Shown here one piece after another: positions 18,431-26,407 of a stretch of 42,888 nt of DNA (position 1 is its first letter; each line of letters opens with the position of its first letter). Below the pieces are notes generated by a model. It saw only the letters and a list, made by a program, of their open reading frames with translations, was not told the DNA's origin and did no database searches. Where the stretch lies: positions 1 to 42,888 of the forward strand of contig JAUQOX010000001.1 in assembly GCA_030550695.1 (NCBI GenBank), given 5' to 3'. The DNA comes from Gemmatimonadota bacterium. GTDB taxonomy: Bacteria; Gemmatimonadota; Gemmatimonadetes; Longimicrobiales; Gaopeijiaceae. A program made the position numbers and the translations under genes.

Positions 18431-19100
18431 GAGAGAACTCCGGTTTTTTCTGGCCGGATGGCTGGGCAGGGCGCTCCTCGCTGCCTACTTCCCCACCCTA
18501 CGTTGCGTCAGGCAGGGATGGGACCACCTGGCGGAGATGCGCAAACGGCGCCAGCCGGTGGTTTTCGTCTTCTGGCACGGACAGCTTCTTCCCCTGGTCT
18601 ACTATCATCGAAACGAGGGCATTGTCGTGCTCGTAAGCGAGCATACGGACGGCGAGTACATTGCCCGGGTCATTCAGCGGCACGGTTTCGGAACCGTCAG
18701 GGGATCCAGCACCCGAGGTGGCGTCAAGGGTCTCAAGGGGCTCCTCCGTGCGGCCCGGGAAGGACGGGACTTGGCCCTCACTCCCGACGGACCCCGAGGC
18801 CCTCGGCATGTTCTCAAACGGGGTGCCCTCCTGGTGGCGCAACTGTCCGGATTTCCCCTCCTGCCTGTGGCGGTGGGATCCGAGCGGGCTTGGTATCTGA
18901 ACAGTTGGGATCGTTTCCTGATCCCTAAGCCTTTCTCGACCCTGAGGATCCGCTATGGTCCCCCCCGCTGGGTCCCCCGCCGCGGCACCCCCGAGGATCT
19001 GGAACTCTTGGCTAAGGAGGTGGAGGAGGAGCTTAAGGCCATGACTTTGGCCCTCAATCCGGCGGAGGCGAAGTTCGGTGCGAGTTGCGGAGAGCGATGA
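18423..19100 (+). CDS. DUF374 domain protein (lysophospholipid acyltransferase-like, often associated with Kdo transferase genes)
   Basis: Motifs FVFWHGQLLPL, SEHTDGEYIA and LTPDGPRGPR are typical of DUF374. The ATG at 18423 overlaps the lpxB stop by 8 nt. The track ORF from 18066 is an extension inside lpxB. Confidence 0.75.
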   Translation: MDRRELRFFLAGWLGRALLAAYFPTLRCVRQGWDHLAEMRKRRQPVVFVFWHGQLLPLVYYHRNEGIVVLVSEHTDGEYIARVIQRHGFGTVRGSSTRGGVKGLKGLLRAAREGRDLALTPDGPRGPRHVLKRGALLVAQLSGFPLLPVAVGSERAWYLNSWDRFLIPKPFSTLRIRYGPPRWVPRRGTPEDLELLAKEVEEELKAMTLALNPAEAKFGASCGER

Positions 19101-20185
19101 TGGGTCGGAGGGTGGAGGTCGGTGAAGAAGCCTGGCGGACACCCCGCACGCCCTGCAGACCCTTGGATTGGCGCGGAGCTGAACTCTGGGTCCAGAAGTG
19201 GTGGAAGGGGAGGGGGGGAGCTTTGGGGGCCGTGGCGGATTGGGTTTTTTTCCCTCTGGAGTTAGCGTACCGGGGTGGTGTCAGCCTGCGAAATCGGCTG
19301 TACGATGCCGGGATCCTCCGCGCCCGCCGCGCCAGGCTACCGGTCGTCTCTGTGGGCAACCTCACCGTGGGCGGCACCGGGAAGACACCCTTTTCCGCAT
19401 GGCTCGCGGGAGAGCTGGAGAAGAGGGGCCATGTGCCTGCCGTGGTGACCCGAGGCTTCGGCCGGGACGAGGTGGAACTCCATCGTCGCTGGGCACCCCT
19501 GCGGACGGTGATCGTAGATCGTGACCGGGGGCGAGGCGCTTGGCGGGCCGCAAGCCTCGGGGCCACGGTGGTGGTGCTGGACGATGGCTTCCAGCACCGG
19601 CGGCTCGCCAGGGACCTGGACGTGGTGCTGGTGCCGGCAGGGCTAGCCGGGAAAGTGCGGCTGTTGCCCCGGGGACCCTTTCGGGAACCCCTCGAGGCGG
19701 CGCGCCGGGCGGGAGTGCTTGCCATCACCTTGAAGGGGGCGGGGGAAGACCCGGAACCGGCAAAAGCCAGGCTAGCCCGCCTCGTGGCTGACCCGCCCCT
19801 GGTGGTCCGATTTCTGGCTGCCGGTTGGACCGACCTGTGGGGCAACCCCTCGGACCCGCCCCAGGGACCCTGTCTGGGCGTGGCAGGGGTGGGCGATCCC
19901 GACGGCTTCCAGAAGTTGGTGGAGAAGGAGGTGGGGAGTCCGGTACCGCTCCTGGCCTTCCCCGACCATTACCCGTACACGGACCGGGATGCGGCTGGAA
20001 TGCGGGCCCTGGCGGGGTACCGCACCATTGTGACCACCGAGAAGGACGCCGTAAAGCTCGTCGCTTACGCAGACCGGATCGGTTCGGCAGCGGTCCTCCG
20101 CCTGAAGGTGGTGGTGGAGGAGGGGGAGGACCTCCTCTGGGAGCGGGTGACGGCGGCCCTGGAAAGGGGAAGGGGGGCCGCATGA
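19097..20185 (+). CDS. lpxK: Tetraacyldisaccharide 4'-kinase LpxK
   Basis: It has the P-loop VGNLTVGGTGKTP and further motifs VVTRGFG and DDGFQH. The ATG at 19097 overlaps the DUF374 stop (ATGA). ATG 19100 or TTG 19085 are also possible starts. Confidence 0.9.
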   Translation: MMGRRVEVGEEAWRTPRTPCRPLDWRGAELWVQKWWKGRGGALGAVADWVFFPLELAYRGGVSLRNRLYDAGILRARRARLPVVSVGNLTVGGTGKTPFSAWLAGELEKRGHVPAVVTRGFGRDEVELHRRWAPLRTVIVDRDRGRGAWRAASLGATVVVLDDGFQHRRLARDLDVVLVPAGLAGKVRLLPRGPFREPLEAARRAGVLAITLKGAGEDPEPAKARLARLVADPPLVVRFLAAGWTDLWGNPSDPPQGPCLGVAGVGDPDGFQKLVEKEVGSPVPLLAFPDHYPYTDRDAAGMRALAGYRTIVTTEKDAVKLVAYADRIGSAAVLRLKVVVEEGEDLLWERVTAALERGRGAA

Positions 20186-20706
20186 GGGTCACCCTGTTGT
20201 GCGTCGGTAGGGTCGGGCCCATCCTGAGCGCGGCTGTCTCGGAGTTCGAGGCCAGGGCGGCGAGGTACTGGAAGTTTTCCGTCACCGAGGTCAAGGAGGG
20301 AGGCAAGGGGAGAAAGGACAACCCGATGCGGGTCGTTTTGGAGGAGGAGCAAGCCCTCATGGCCAGACTTCCCGCCAGAGGCAAAGTGGTGGCCCTGGAC
20401 CGGGAAGGGGTGATGCTGGACTCTTCCTCCTTGGCCCGTCTCCTTGGGGAGTGGGCCTTGGGCAGCGTTGCCGAAGCCGTCTTCGTCATCGGCGGGGCCT
20501 ACGGTCTGGGGGACAGGCTTCTGGCGCGGGCAGATCTCCGCCTTTCCCTCTCAAGGTTCACCTTGCCCCACGAGCTCGCCCGCCTGGTCCTTGTCGAGCA
20601 ACTCTATCGAGCCGGCACCCTTCGTCGGGGCGAGCCGTACCACAAAGGTCCCGTCCGCCGCCCCCCTTCCCCCCCTAACTCCGTCCCCCCCGGCATGGAT
20701 CGATGA
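20182..20706 (+). CDS. rlmH: 23S rRNA (pseudouridine1915-N3)-methyltransferase RlmH
   Basis: It looks like a SPOUT-family protein (VFVIGGAYGL, SLSRFTLPHELARLVLVEQLYRA, GEPYHK) with a ~19-aa Pro-rich C-terminal tail. The ATG at 20182 overlaps the lpxK stop (ATGA). Confidence 0.88.
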   Translation: MRVTLLCVGRVGPILSAAVSEFEARAARYWKFSVTEVKEGGKGRKDNPMRVVLEEEQALMARLPARGKVVALDREGVMLDSSSLARLLGEWALGSVAEAVFVIGGAYGLGDRLLARADLRLSLSRFTLPHELARLVLVEQLYRAGTLRRGEPYHKGPVRRPPSPPNSVPPGMDR

Positions 20707-22319
20707 GTGACCCAAGGAATCCGGTGATCCGAGCAGGCCTGGCTTCGGGAAACCCCCTGGCCCAGGCCTACCTGGAAGGCAGGTCCCAGCTGGCGACGTT
20801 CTTTTCGGGGGACTTTCGGGACCCCGAAGCTTTTCGGCGGAAGGCGCGGGAAGTTGACCTTCGGCTAGGGGAGAGGGGACGCAAGGAATGCCTCTCCTTT
20901 CTTCTTCCGCCTTCTCCCACGGCGGCGGCGAAGCTCCGACGGTTCGTAGAAGACGGCGGACTCTTCGTCACCACGGGGCAGCAGCCCGGGCTCTTGGGCG
21001 GCCCCCTGTATACCCTTTACAAGGCCCTCTCCGCCGTGGGTTTGGCCATGCGCCTGGAGGACCTCTTGGGCCGGCCCGTGCTCCCTCTTTTCTGGGTCGC
21101 CTCGGAGGACCACGACTGGTCGGAAGTGGACCATACCTTCTTGCTGGATCGGAACAACGAGCTGGTCCGCTTCCAACTTCCGGAGCCAGGGCCGCTCCTG
21201 GGGCGTCCCCTCCACCGAATTCCACTGCCCCGGGAGGCGTCCGAAATCCTGGACCGGTTCCTCCAAGCCCTCCCCCCCTCGGAGCACCTCGACCGGTACG
21301 CCCCCCTCCTCCGCGACAGCCTGGCTCCCGGGCGCACGCTTCCCCGAGGCTTTCACACCCTCCTGGGGGGAGTCATGGCTTCCTGGCCCCTCCTCTTCGT
21401 GGATGCCGCCGAGCCCTCCCTGAAAAGGGCTTCCCTCCCCCTTCTCCTCGCCGAACTCCGGCAGGCGGAGTCCCACGAGGAGGCCCTGCTCACCACCTCC
21501 GGCGCTCTCCAAGCCCTGGGATACCCACTGCAGGTCCCCATTCTCGAAGGGGGCGTCAACCTGTTTTTGGAGGGGCCGCAGGGACGGGAACGGCTGTACC
21601 GTCAAGGAAGCGGTTTCCGCCTGGGCAAGTCGGGCCTTCCTGTGTCCTTGGGGGAAGTGGTCGCTTTGGCGGAGTCCGACCCTTCGGTGCTCAGCCCGAA
21701 TGTGCTTCTCCGGCCCATCGTGGAAACCGCCCTTCTTCCCACGGTGGCCTACGTCGCAGGCCCGGGCGAGGTGGCCTACTTTGCTCAGCTTGGCGGGCTC
21801 TTCGAAGCCCACGGCGTGGCTATGCCCGTGATCGTTCCCCGGTTGTCGGCTTTCCTGGTGGAGGGCAAAGTGGGGAAGGTCTTGGAGAAGTTCCACCTGG
21901 AGCCCCACGATCTGAGCCGGCCGGCCCATGAGCTGACCGCGTCCTGGTCCCAGGAGGAGACTCCCCCGGACCTCCGCAGTTCCCTGGAAGCGCTCCAGGA
22001 CGGCCTTGTGCGGGGCGCCGAGGACCTGACTCGCCTGGTTCGGGATGTGGACCCGACCCTGGTGGGCGCAGTCACCTCCACCCGCAACTCCGCCCTGGCG
22101 GCCCTGGGCCAGTTGGAGAAGAAGATCCACCAGGCCGTGCGCCGCCGGAACCGAACTCTCCTCGAACAGCTTTCCAAGGCCCAGGGGCACCTTTTCCCGC
22201 TGGGACGCCCCCAGGAAAGGGTCCTGAACCCCTTCTATTATCTGGCCAGATACGGCCCTCCTCTCCTCGAAGCTCTCCTGGAGGCCTACCCCATAGATCT
22301 TCTCTCCTCTTCCTCGTAA
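20703..22319 (+). CDS. bshC: Bacillithiol biosynthesis cysteine-adding enzyme BshC
   Basis: The 538-aa product carries the characteristic TTGQQPGLLGGPLYTLYK and PLFWVASEDHDWSEVDH motifs and a C-terminal coiled-coil region. The ATG overlaps the rlmH stop (ATGA). Confidence 0.85.
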   Translation: MSDPRNPVIRAGLASGNPLAQAYLEGRSQLATFFSGDFRDPEAFRRKAREVDLRLGERGRKECLSFLLPPSPTAAAKLRRFVEDGGLFVTTGQQPGLLGGPLYTLYKALSAVGLAMRLEDLLGRPVLPLFWVASEDHDWSEVDHTFLLDRNNELVRFQLPEPGPLLGRPLHRIPLPREASEILDRFLQALPPSEHLDRYAPLLRDSLAPGRTLPRGFHTLLGGVMASWPLLFVDAAEPSLKRASLPLLLAELRQAESHEEALLTTSGALQALGYPLQVPILEGGVNLFLEGPQGRERLYRQGSGFRLGKSGLPVSLGEVVALAESDPSVLSPNVLLRPIVETALLPTVAYVAGPGEVAYFAQLGGLFEAHGVAMPVIVPRLSAFLVEGKVGKVLEKFHLEPHDLSRPAHELTASWSQEETPPDLRSSLEALQDGLVRGAEDLTRLVRDVDPTLVGAVTSTRNSALAALGQLEKKIHQAVRRRNRTLLEQLSKAQGHLFPLGRPQERVLNPFYYLARYGPPLLEALLEAYPIDLLSSSS

Positions 22320-22328
22320 CTTGACCTC

Positions 22329-22610
22329 ATGTGGTCCTTCCTCCTTCTCCTGGCCCTCCTGATCCCCATCCTGGCCATTGTCCTGGACTCACAGGTGGGG
22401 CGGGCCCTGGCCTCCCGCTTGGAACGCCGTGGGCTCGAGGAAGGGACCGACCGCATCCTACAGAGGATTGCCGAGCTGGAAGCGGAGGTGGAACGGCTTT
22501 CCCAGGAGGTGGCCCGCCTGGACGAGCAAGCCGAGTTCCTGGAAAACCTTTTGGAGGGGCGTCGCCTCGGCGAAAGGAAAGCCCTGGGATCCGGTGACGG
22601 GGAGTCGTGA
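22329..22610 (+). CDS. Small membrane-anchored coiled-coil protein (PspB-like architecture; function unknown)
   Basis: The 93-aa product has an N-terminal hydrophobic helix (MWSFLLLLALLIPILAIVL) followed by a heptad-like Glu/Leu/Arg segment (RIAELEAEVERLSQEVARLDEQAEFLENLLE). Third-position GC is high. The overlapping alternative frame (22378 onward) is Trp/Arg/Pro-rich junk. Confidence 0.55.
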   Translation: MWSFLLLLALLIPILAIVLDSQVGRALASRLERRGLEEGTDRILQRIAELEAEVERLSQEVARLDEQAEFLENLLEGRRLGERKALGSGDGES

Positions 22611-22620
22611 AAGGTCTGGT

Positions 22621-24228
22621 TTGCCGGGGATCCCGGGCGGCGGTGCCTTTCGAGTAGGGGCAGGGATCTTCTTGAGCCGGGTGGCCGGCTTTGCCCGGGA
22701 GGCGGTCTTCGCCTACTACTTTGGGGCAACGGCCGTGGCCGACGTCTGGCGGGCGGCCCTGCGGACGCCCAACGTGCTGCAGAACCTCCTGGGCGAAGGA
22801 ACCCTGAGCGCCTCGTTCATTCCCGTCTACTCGGCGTTCCTGGAGAGGGGGCGGGAGCAAGAGGCCGTTCGTTTTGCCGGTGCCGCCCTGGGGATCTTGG
22901 CCGCCGTGAGTTTCGGCCTGGCCTTGGCGGGGATCGCCCTGGCTCCCTACCTGATTTCCCTTTTCTTTCCCAGGTGGGAGCCCTGGATGCAGGATCTGGC
23001 CGTCCGACTCGTGCGGGTGCTCTTCCCCATGACGGCGGTGTTGGTCGTGTCCGCCTGGGCCCTGGGAGTGCTGAACAGTCATCGGCGGTTTTTCCTCTCT
23101 TACGTCGCCCCGGTGGCGTGGAACCTGGCCATGATCGCCGTGCTGGTGGGAGGCGGCACCGGCCTGGGCTTGGCAGCGGCGGGAAGGGAAGCCGACCTGG
23201 CCGTCCTTCTGGCCTGGGGAGGGTTGGTGGGGGCGGTTCTCCAGCTTTCGGTGCAGGTGCCGGGGTTGATCCCTCTGCTGCCGGACCTGCCCCTCTCTTT
23301 GGGGCGGAGGGTGGAGGGGGTGGCGGAGGCGATCCGGGCTTTCTGGCCGGTCCTCTTGGCCCGGGGGGTGGTCAACCTCAGCGGCTGGCTGGACCTGGTG
23401 GTTGCCCACTTCTTGGCCGTGGGCGCCATCGCGGTGCTGGGCTACGCCCAGATCCTGTACCTCCTCCCCATCTCCTTGTTCGGCATGTCCATCGCCGCTG
23501 CGGAACTTCCGGAGCTGGCACGTGGCCAGCAGCGGGACCAGGGGCAGCTGGTGGAGAGGGTGGCCGGGGCCCTGGAAAGGAATGTCCTGCTTCTCTTCGG
23601 TACCGCAACCGCCTTTGGGGCCCTGGGAGACGTTTTCGTGGCGGCCCTTTTTCAGCGGGGCGAGTTCGGTCCCGCCTCCACGGTGGTCACGCATGCGGTG
23701 TTGGCGGGCTATGCCCTGGGTCTTCCGGCCTCGGGTTCCTCCCGGCTTCTGGCATCGGCGTTCTATGCCCTCCGGGATACGCGGGTCCCGGCGCGCATAG
23801 CCTACCTCCGGGTAGCCGTTTCTTTGGCCGCTTCTCTCCTGCTCATGTTTCCCTTGGACCGGATCCAGGTGGGGGAGTTGCGGCTCGGGGCGGTGGGGTT
23901 GGCCCTCGGCGCAAGTTTCGGCGCCTGGTTGGAGTATTTTCTCCTGAGACAGGCGTTGGAACGGAGGATCGGCCCCCATGCTCCCCCGGCCGGGCGGATC
24001 TCCCGTATTGCCGTGGCGGCGGGGCTTGCCTGCCTGATCGGGTGGGGGGCAAAAGCTTACTTGGGGTTTTCCCTGAGGCCTGGACTCCTGGCGGACCTCC
24101 TCCTCCCCTACGGCCAGGGTTGGCTTCTGGACCCCCTGGCGGCAACGGCAACGGCAACGGTCTTCGGGGTAGGGTATTGGGGCTCCTTGAGGGTTTTGGT
24201 CCTCAGGGAACCGCCCGGAAAGCCCTAG
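22621..24228 (+). CDS. murJ: Lipid II flippase MurJ (MviN)
   Basis: The MurJ N-terminal signature is present (LSRVAGFAREAVFAYYFGATAVADVWRAALRTPNVLQNLLGEGTLSASFIPVY), with about 14 hydrophobic segments. The start is uncertain: TTG 22621 (preceded by GAAAGG) or GTG 22594. The track start at 22378 is an implausible extension. Confidence 0.88.
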   Translation: MPGIPGGGAFRVGAGIFLSRVAGFAREAVFAYYFGATAVADVWRAALRTPNVLQNLLGEGTLSASFIPVYSAFLERGREQEAVRFAGAALGILAAVSFGLALAGIALAPYLISLFFPRWEPWMQDLAVRLVRVLFPMTAVLVVSAWALGVLNSHRRFFLSYVAPVAWNLAMIAVLVGGGTGLGLAAAGREADLAVLLAWGGLVGAVLQLSVQVPGLIPLLPDLPLSLGRRVEGVAEAIRAFWPVLLARGVVNLSGWLDLVVAHFLAVGAIAVLGYAQILYLLPISLFGMSIAAAELPELARGQQRDQGQLVERVAGALERNVLLLFGTATAFGALGDVFVAALFQRGEFGPASTVVTHAVLAGYALGLPASGSSRLLASAFYALRDTRVPARIAYLRVAVSLAASLLLMFPLDRIQVGELRLGAVGLALGASFGAWLEYFLLRQALERRIGPHAPPAGRISRIAVAAGLACLIGWGAKAYLGFSLRPGLLADLLLPYGQGWLLDPLAATATATVFGVGYWGSLRVLVLREPPGKP

Positions 24229-24241
24229 GTCGGAACGGGAG

Positions 24242-26176
24242 ATGGCGGGGCCTGTGAACCGACGAGGAGACACAAAGGGAACTGCCGACGGGAAGGCGGG
24301 CCGGGCTGCCGGTCTCGGCCCTCTTCACGCGGCAGGCGGTCGTTCCTTCCTCACCCCCCAACACTTGGCGCGTTTGCCCGGTCAGCCGGGGGTTTACCTG
24401 TTTCGCGGGGAAGGGGGGGAGGTCCTCTATGTAGGGAAAGCCAAACACCTCCGGAGCCGGGTCCGGAGCTACTTTCGTCCCGAAGCGGGTCACTCCGTCA
24501 AGACCCGCGAGCTGGTGCGGCGGGCCGCTTCGGTGGAGACCATTGTGGTGGGTTCCGAGGCGGAAGCTCTCATCCTGGAAGCCAACCTCATCAAGGAGCA
24601 TCGCCCTCGCTTCAACATCCAGCTACGGGACGACAAACGTTACCCCTACATCAAGGTCACCGTCAGGGAGGCGTTCCCCCGGGTCTACGTGACCCGCACG
24701 GTCCGCAACGACGGCTCGAGGTACTTTGGCCCCTTCACCTCGGTCGGCCCCCTGCGACAAGCCTTGGATGTGGTGAAAGGCCTCTACACCGTGCGCTCGT
24801 GCCGCTATGACCTGCCCAAGGAGGCCCCGGACCGCCCATGCTTGGACTACCACATCGGCAGGTGCCTCGCCCCTTGTGTCGGACTCCAGAGTGCAGACGA
24901 CTACCGTCGCATGATCGGCGAGATCCTCAGGGTGCTGGAGGGCGACACGGAGAGCCTTCGGCAAGAGGTGGTGGAGCGGATGCAGGCGGCCGCCGAGTCG
25001 CTCCGATTCGAAGAGGCTGCCCGACTGAGGGACGTAGCCAGAGGGCTGGAGGCCATAGCGAGGGAACAAAGGGTGCACCGGATCGGGGGGGGAAACCGTG
25101 ACGTCTTGGCCACGGCAAGGGACGGCAGTTTCGCCGTAGGGGTCGTCTTGAGGATCCGCAAGGGACTCCTCTTGGGACGGGATCTCCTTTCCATGAGCCA
25201 CGCCGAAGAAGCCGGAGAGGGCGATCTGCTCACGGCTTTTACCCTGCGCTACTATCTGGGACGGGGGGAAGCAGGGTATTTGGATCTGCCCGACGAACTT
25301 CTCCTGGCCGGACCGATCCCCGAGGGTGAGACGCTCGGCGAAATCCTCTCCCGAAAAGCCGGCAGAAAGGTGCGGGTTCTCGTACCCCGGCGGGGCGAAA
25401 AGCGTCGTCTGGTGGAACTGGCGGAGGCCAACGCCCGCAATGCCCTTCTGGAAAGGGGCGGGGCCAGGGGACTCCCCCTTCCGCCTGAAGGGGAAGAGCT
25501 CCTTTTTGAAATCCAAGAGCGCCTGGGGCTCCAGGAGCTCCCTCGTCTGGCCGTCTGTTTCGACGTCTCCCACCTCCAGGGGACGGATACCGTGGCCTCG
25601 GTGGTCGCTTTTCAGGATGGAGCACCCAAGAGGGGGCGTTACCGGCGGATGCGGATCCAGGGAGAGTGGGGGAACGACGACGTCCGGTCCATCGGTGAGG
25701 CGGTGACGCGATACTTTCGGCGAAACCTCGAGGAGGGGGAGAGTCTTCCCAATCTCGTGGTGGTGGACGGAGGTAGGGCGCAACTGGATGCTGCTGGAAA
25801 GGCTCTCCACGACTTGGGGTTGTCTTCCGTTCCCCGGGTAGCCTTGGCCAAGGGAGAAGAGGTGCTCTACCTGGTCGGTCAAGAGCAGCCTTTGGGCCTG
25901 CCGGCGCGGGATCCGGTTCTGCGCTTCCTCCAGAGAATGAGGAACGAGGCTCACCGCTTCGCCGTCTCGTACAACCGGAAGCTCCGAAAACGGGATACCC
26001 TCCGGAGTCGTCTAGGAGACGTCCCGGGCCTGGGACCTCAGCGCCAACAAGCGTTGTTGAAACGGTTCGGATCCGTCAGGGGGATCCTCGAGGCCACGGA
26101 AGAGGAGATTGCCCGAACGCCGGGGATCGGGCCGGTGTTGGCGTCCCGCATCCTTTCCCACCTGAGAGGGGTATGA
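24242..26176 (+). CDS. uvrC: Excinuclease ABC subunit C UvrC
   Basis: It has a GIY-YIG domain (GVYLFRGEGGEVLYVGKAKHLRSRVRSYF), a UVR motif (LRFEEAARLRDVARGLE), an RNase H-like endonuclease domain and a C-terminal HhH pair (LGDVPGLGPQRQQALLKRFGS..., IARTPGIGPVLASRI). The ~45-aa N-terminal leader is longer than usual, so a later start is possible. Confidence 0.92.
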   Translation: MAGPVNRRGDTKGTADGKAGRAAGLGPLHAAGGRSFLTPQHLARLPGQPGVYLFRGEGGEVLYVGKAKHLRSRVRSYFRPEAGHSVKTRELVRRAASVETIVVGSEAEALILEANLIKEHRPRFNIQLRDDKRYPYIKVTVREAFPRVYVTRTVRNDGSRYFGPFTSVGPLRQALDVVKGLYTVRSCRYDLPKEAPDRPCLDYHIGRCLAPCVGLQSADDYRRMIGEILRVLEGDTESLRQEVVERMQAAAESLRFEEAARLRDVARGLEAIAREQRVHRIGGGNRDVLATARDGSFAVGVVLRIRKGLLLGRDLLSMSHAEEAGEGDLLTAFTLRYYLGRGEAGYLDLPDELLLAGPIPEGETLGEILSRKAGRKVRVLVPRRGEKRRLVELAEANARNALLERGGARGLPLPPEGEELLFEIQERLGLQELPRLAVCFDVSHLQGTDTVASVVAFQDGAPKRGRYRRMRIQGEWGNDDVRSIGEAVTRYFRRNLEEGESLPNLVVVDGGRAQLDAAGKALHDLGLSSVPRVALAKGEEVLYLVGQEQPLGLPARDPVLRFLQRMRNEAHRFAVSYNRKLRKRDTLRSRLGDVPGLGPQRQQALLKRFGSVRGILEATEEEIARTPGIGPVLASRILSHLRGV

Positions 26177-26307
26177 AGGCTGCGGCGGCATCCGGCAAGG
26201 GAGGGGGACGCAAACTCCGCCATGGCCTCCTCGGGTTTTCGGGCACGGGGGGGAGAGGGTCAACCGAGACAGGCCGGTGAAACCACGGAGGTCGTTCAGA
26301 CACCGGT

Positions 26308-26336
26308 TTGACGCTCTCGAGAGGCCCGTCTAAATT
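26308..26336 (+). promoter_or_regulatory. Candidate sigma70-type promoter for the TPR lipoprotein gene
   Basis: TTGACG (26308-26313), a 17-nt spacer, then TAAATT (26331-26336), about 72 nt upstream of ATG 26408. It lies in the 230-bp gap after uvrC. This is a motif match only. Confidence 0.35.
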
Positions 26337-26407
26337 GGCAGATTGCCTTGCCGGGGGCCCCGCGTCCATTGGGGTCCCCTTTCAACCATCCTGAGGAGGA
26401 ACATGGA

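Noticed and set aside
24141-24160. GGCAAC hexanucleotide repeated three times (microsatellite-like).
   Set aside because: It is in frame within the murJ C-terminal tail and encodes ATATAT. With only three units and a length divisible by three, it has no phase-variation potential.
22327-24273. Very long antisense ORFs: 648 aa opposite murJ, with similar cases at 35525-37564, 1857-3371, 7023-8618, 601-1788, 11811-13097, 28036-29487, 17072-18424, 20865-22190, 24623-25954 and 39645-41384.
   Set aside because: Each one fully shadows a gene with unambiguous family motifs on the other strand. Their products are Arg/Pro/Gly/His-rich with no recognisable domain. Stop-codon depletion in GC-rich DNA produces such ORFs routinely.
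26336-26351. Sigma54-like element TGGCAGATTGCCTTGC upstream of the TPR lipoprotein gene.
   Set aside because: The GG-to-GC spacing is one nucleotide off the strict -24/-12 geometry for either TTGC. No enhancer-binding-protein gene is nearby. A sigma70-like TTGACG-17-TAAATT in the same place explains the region better.
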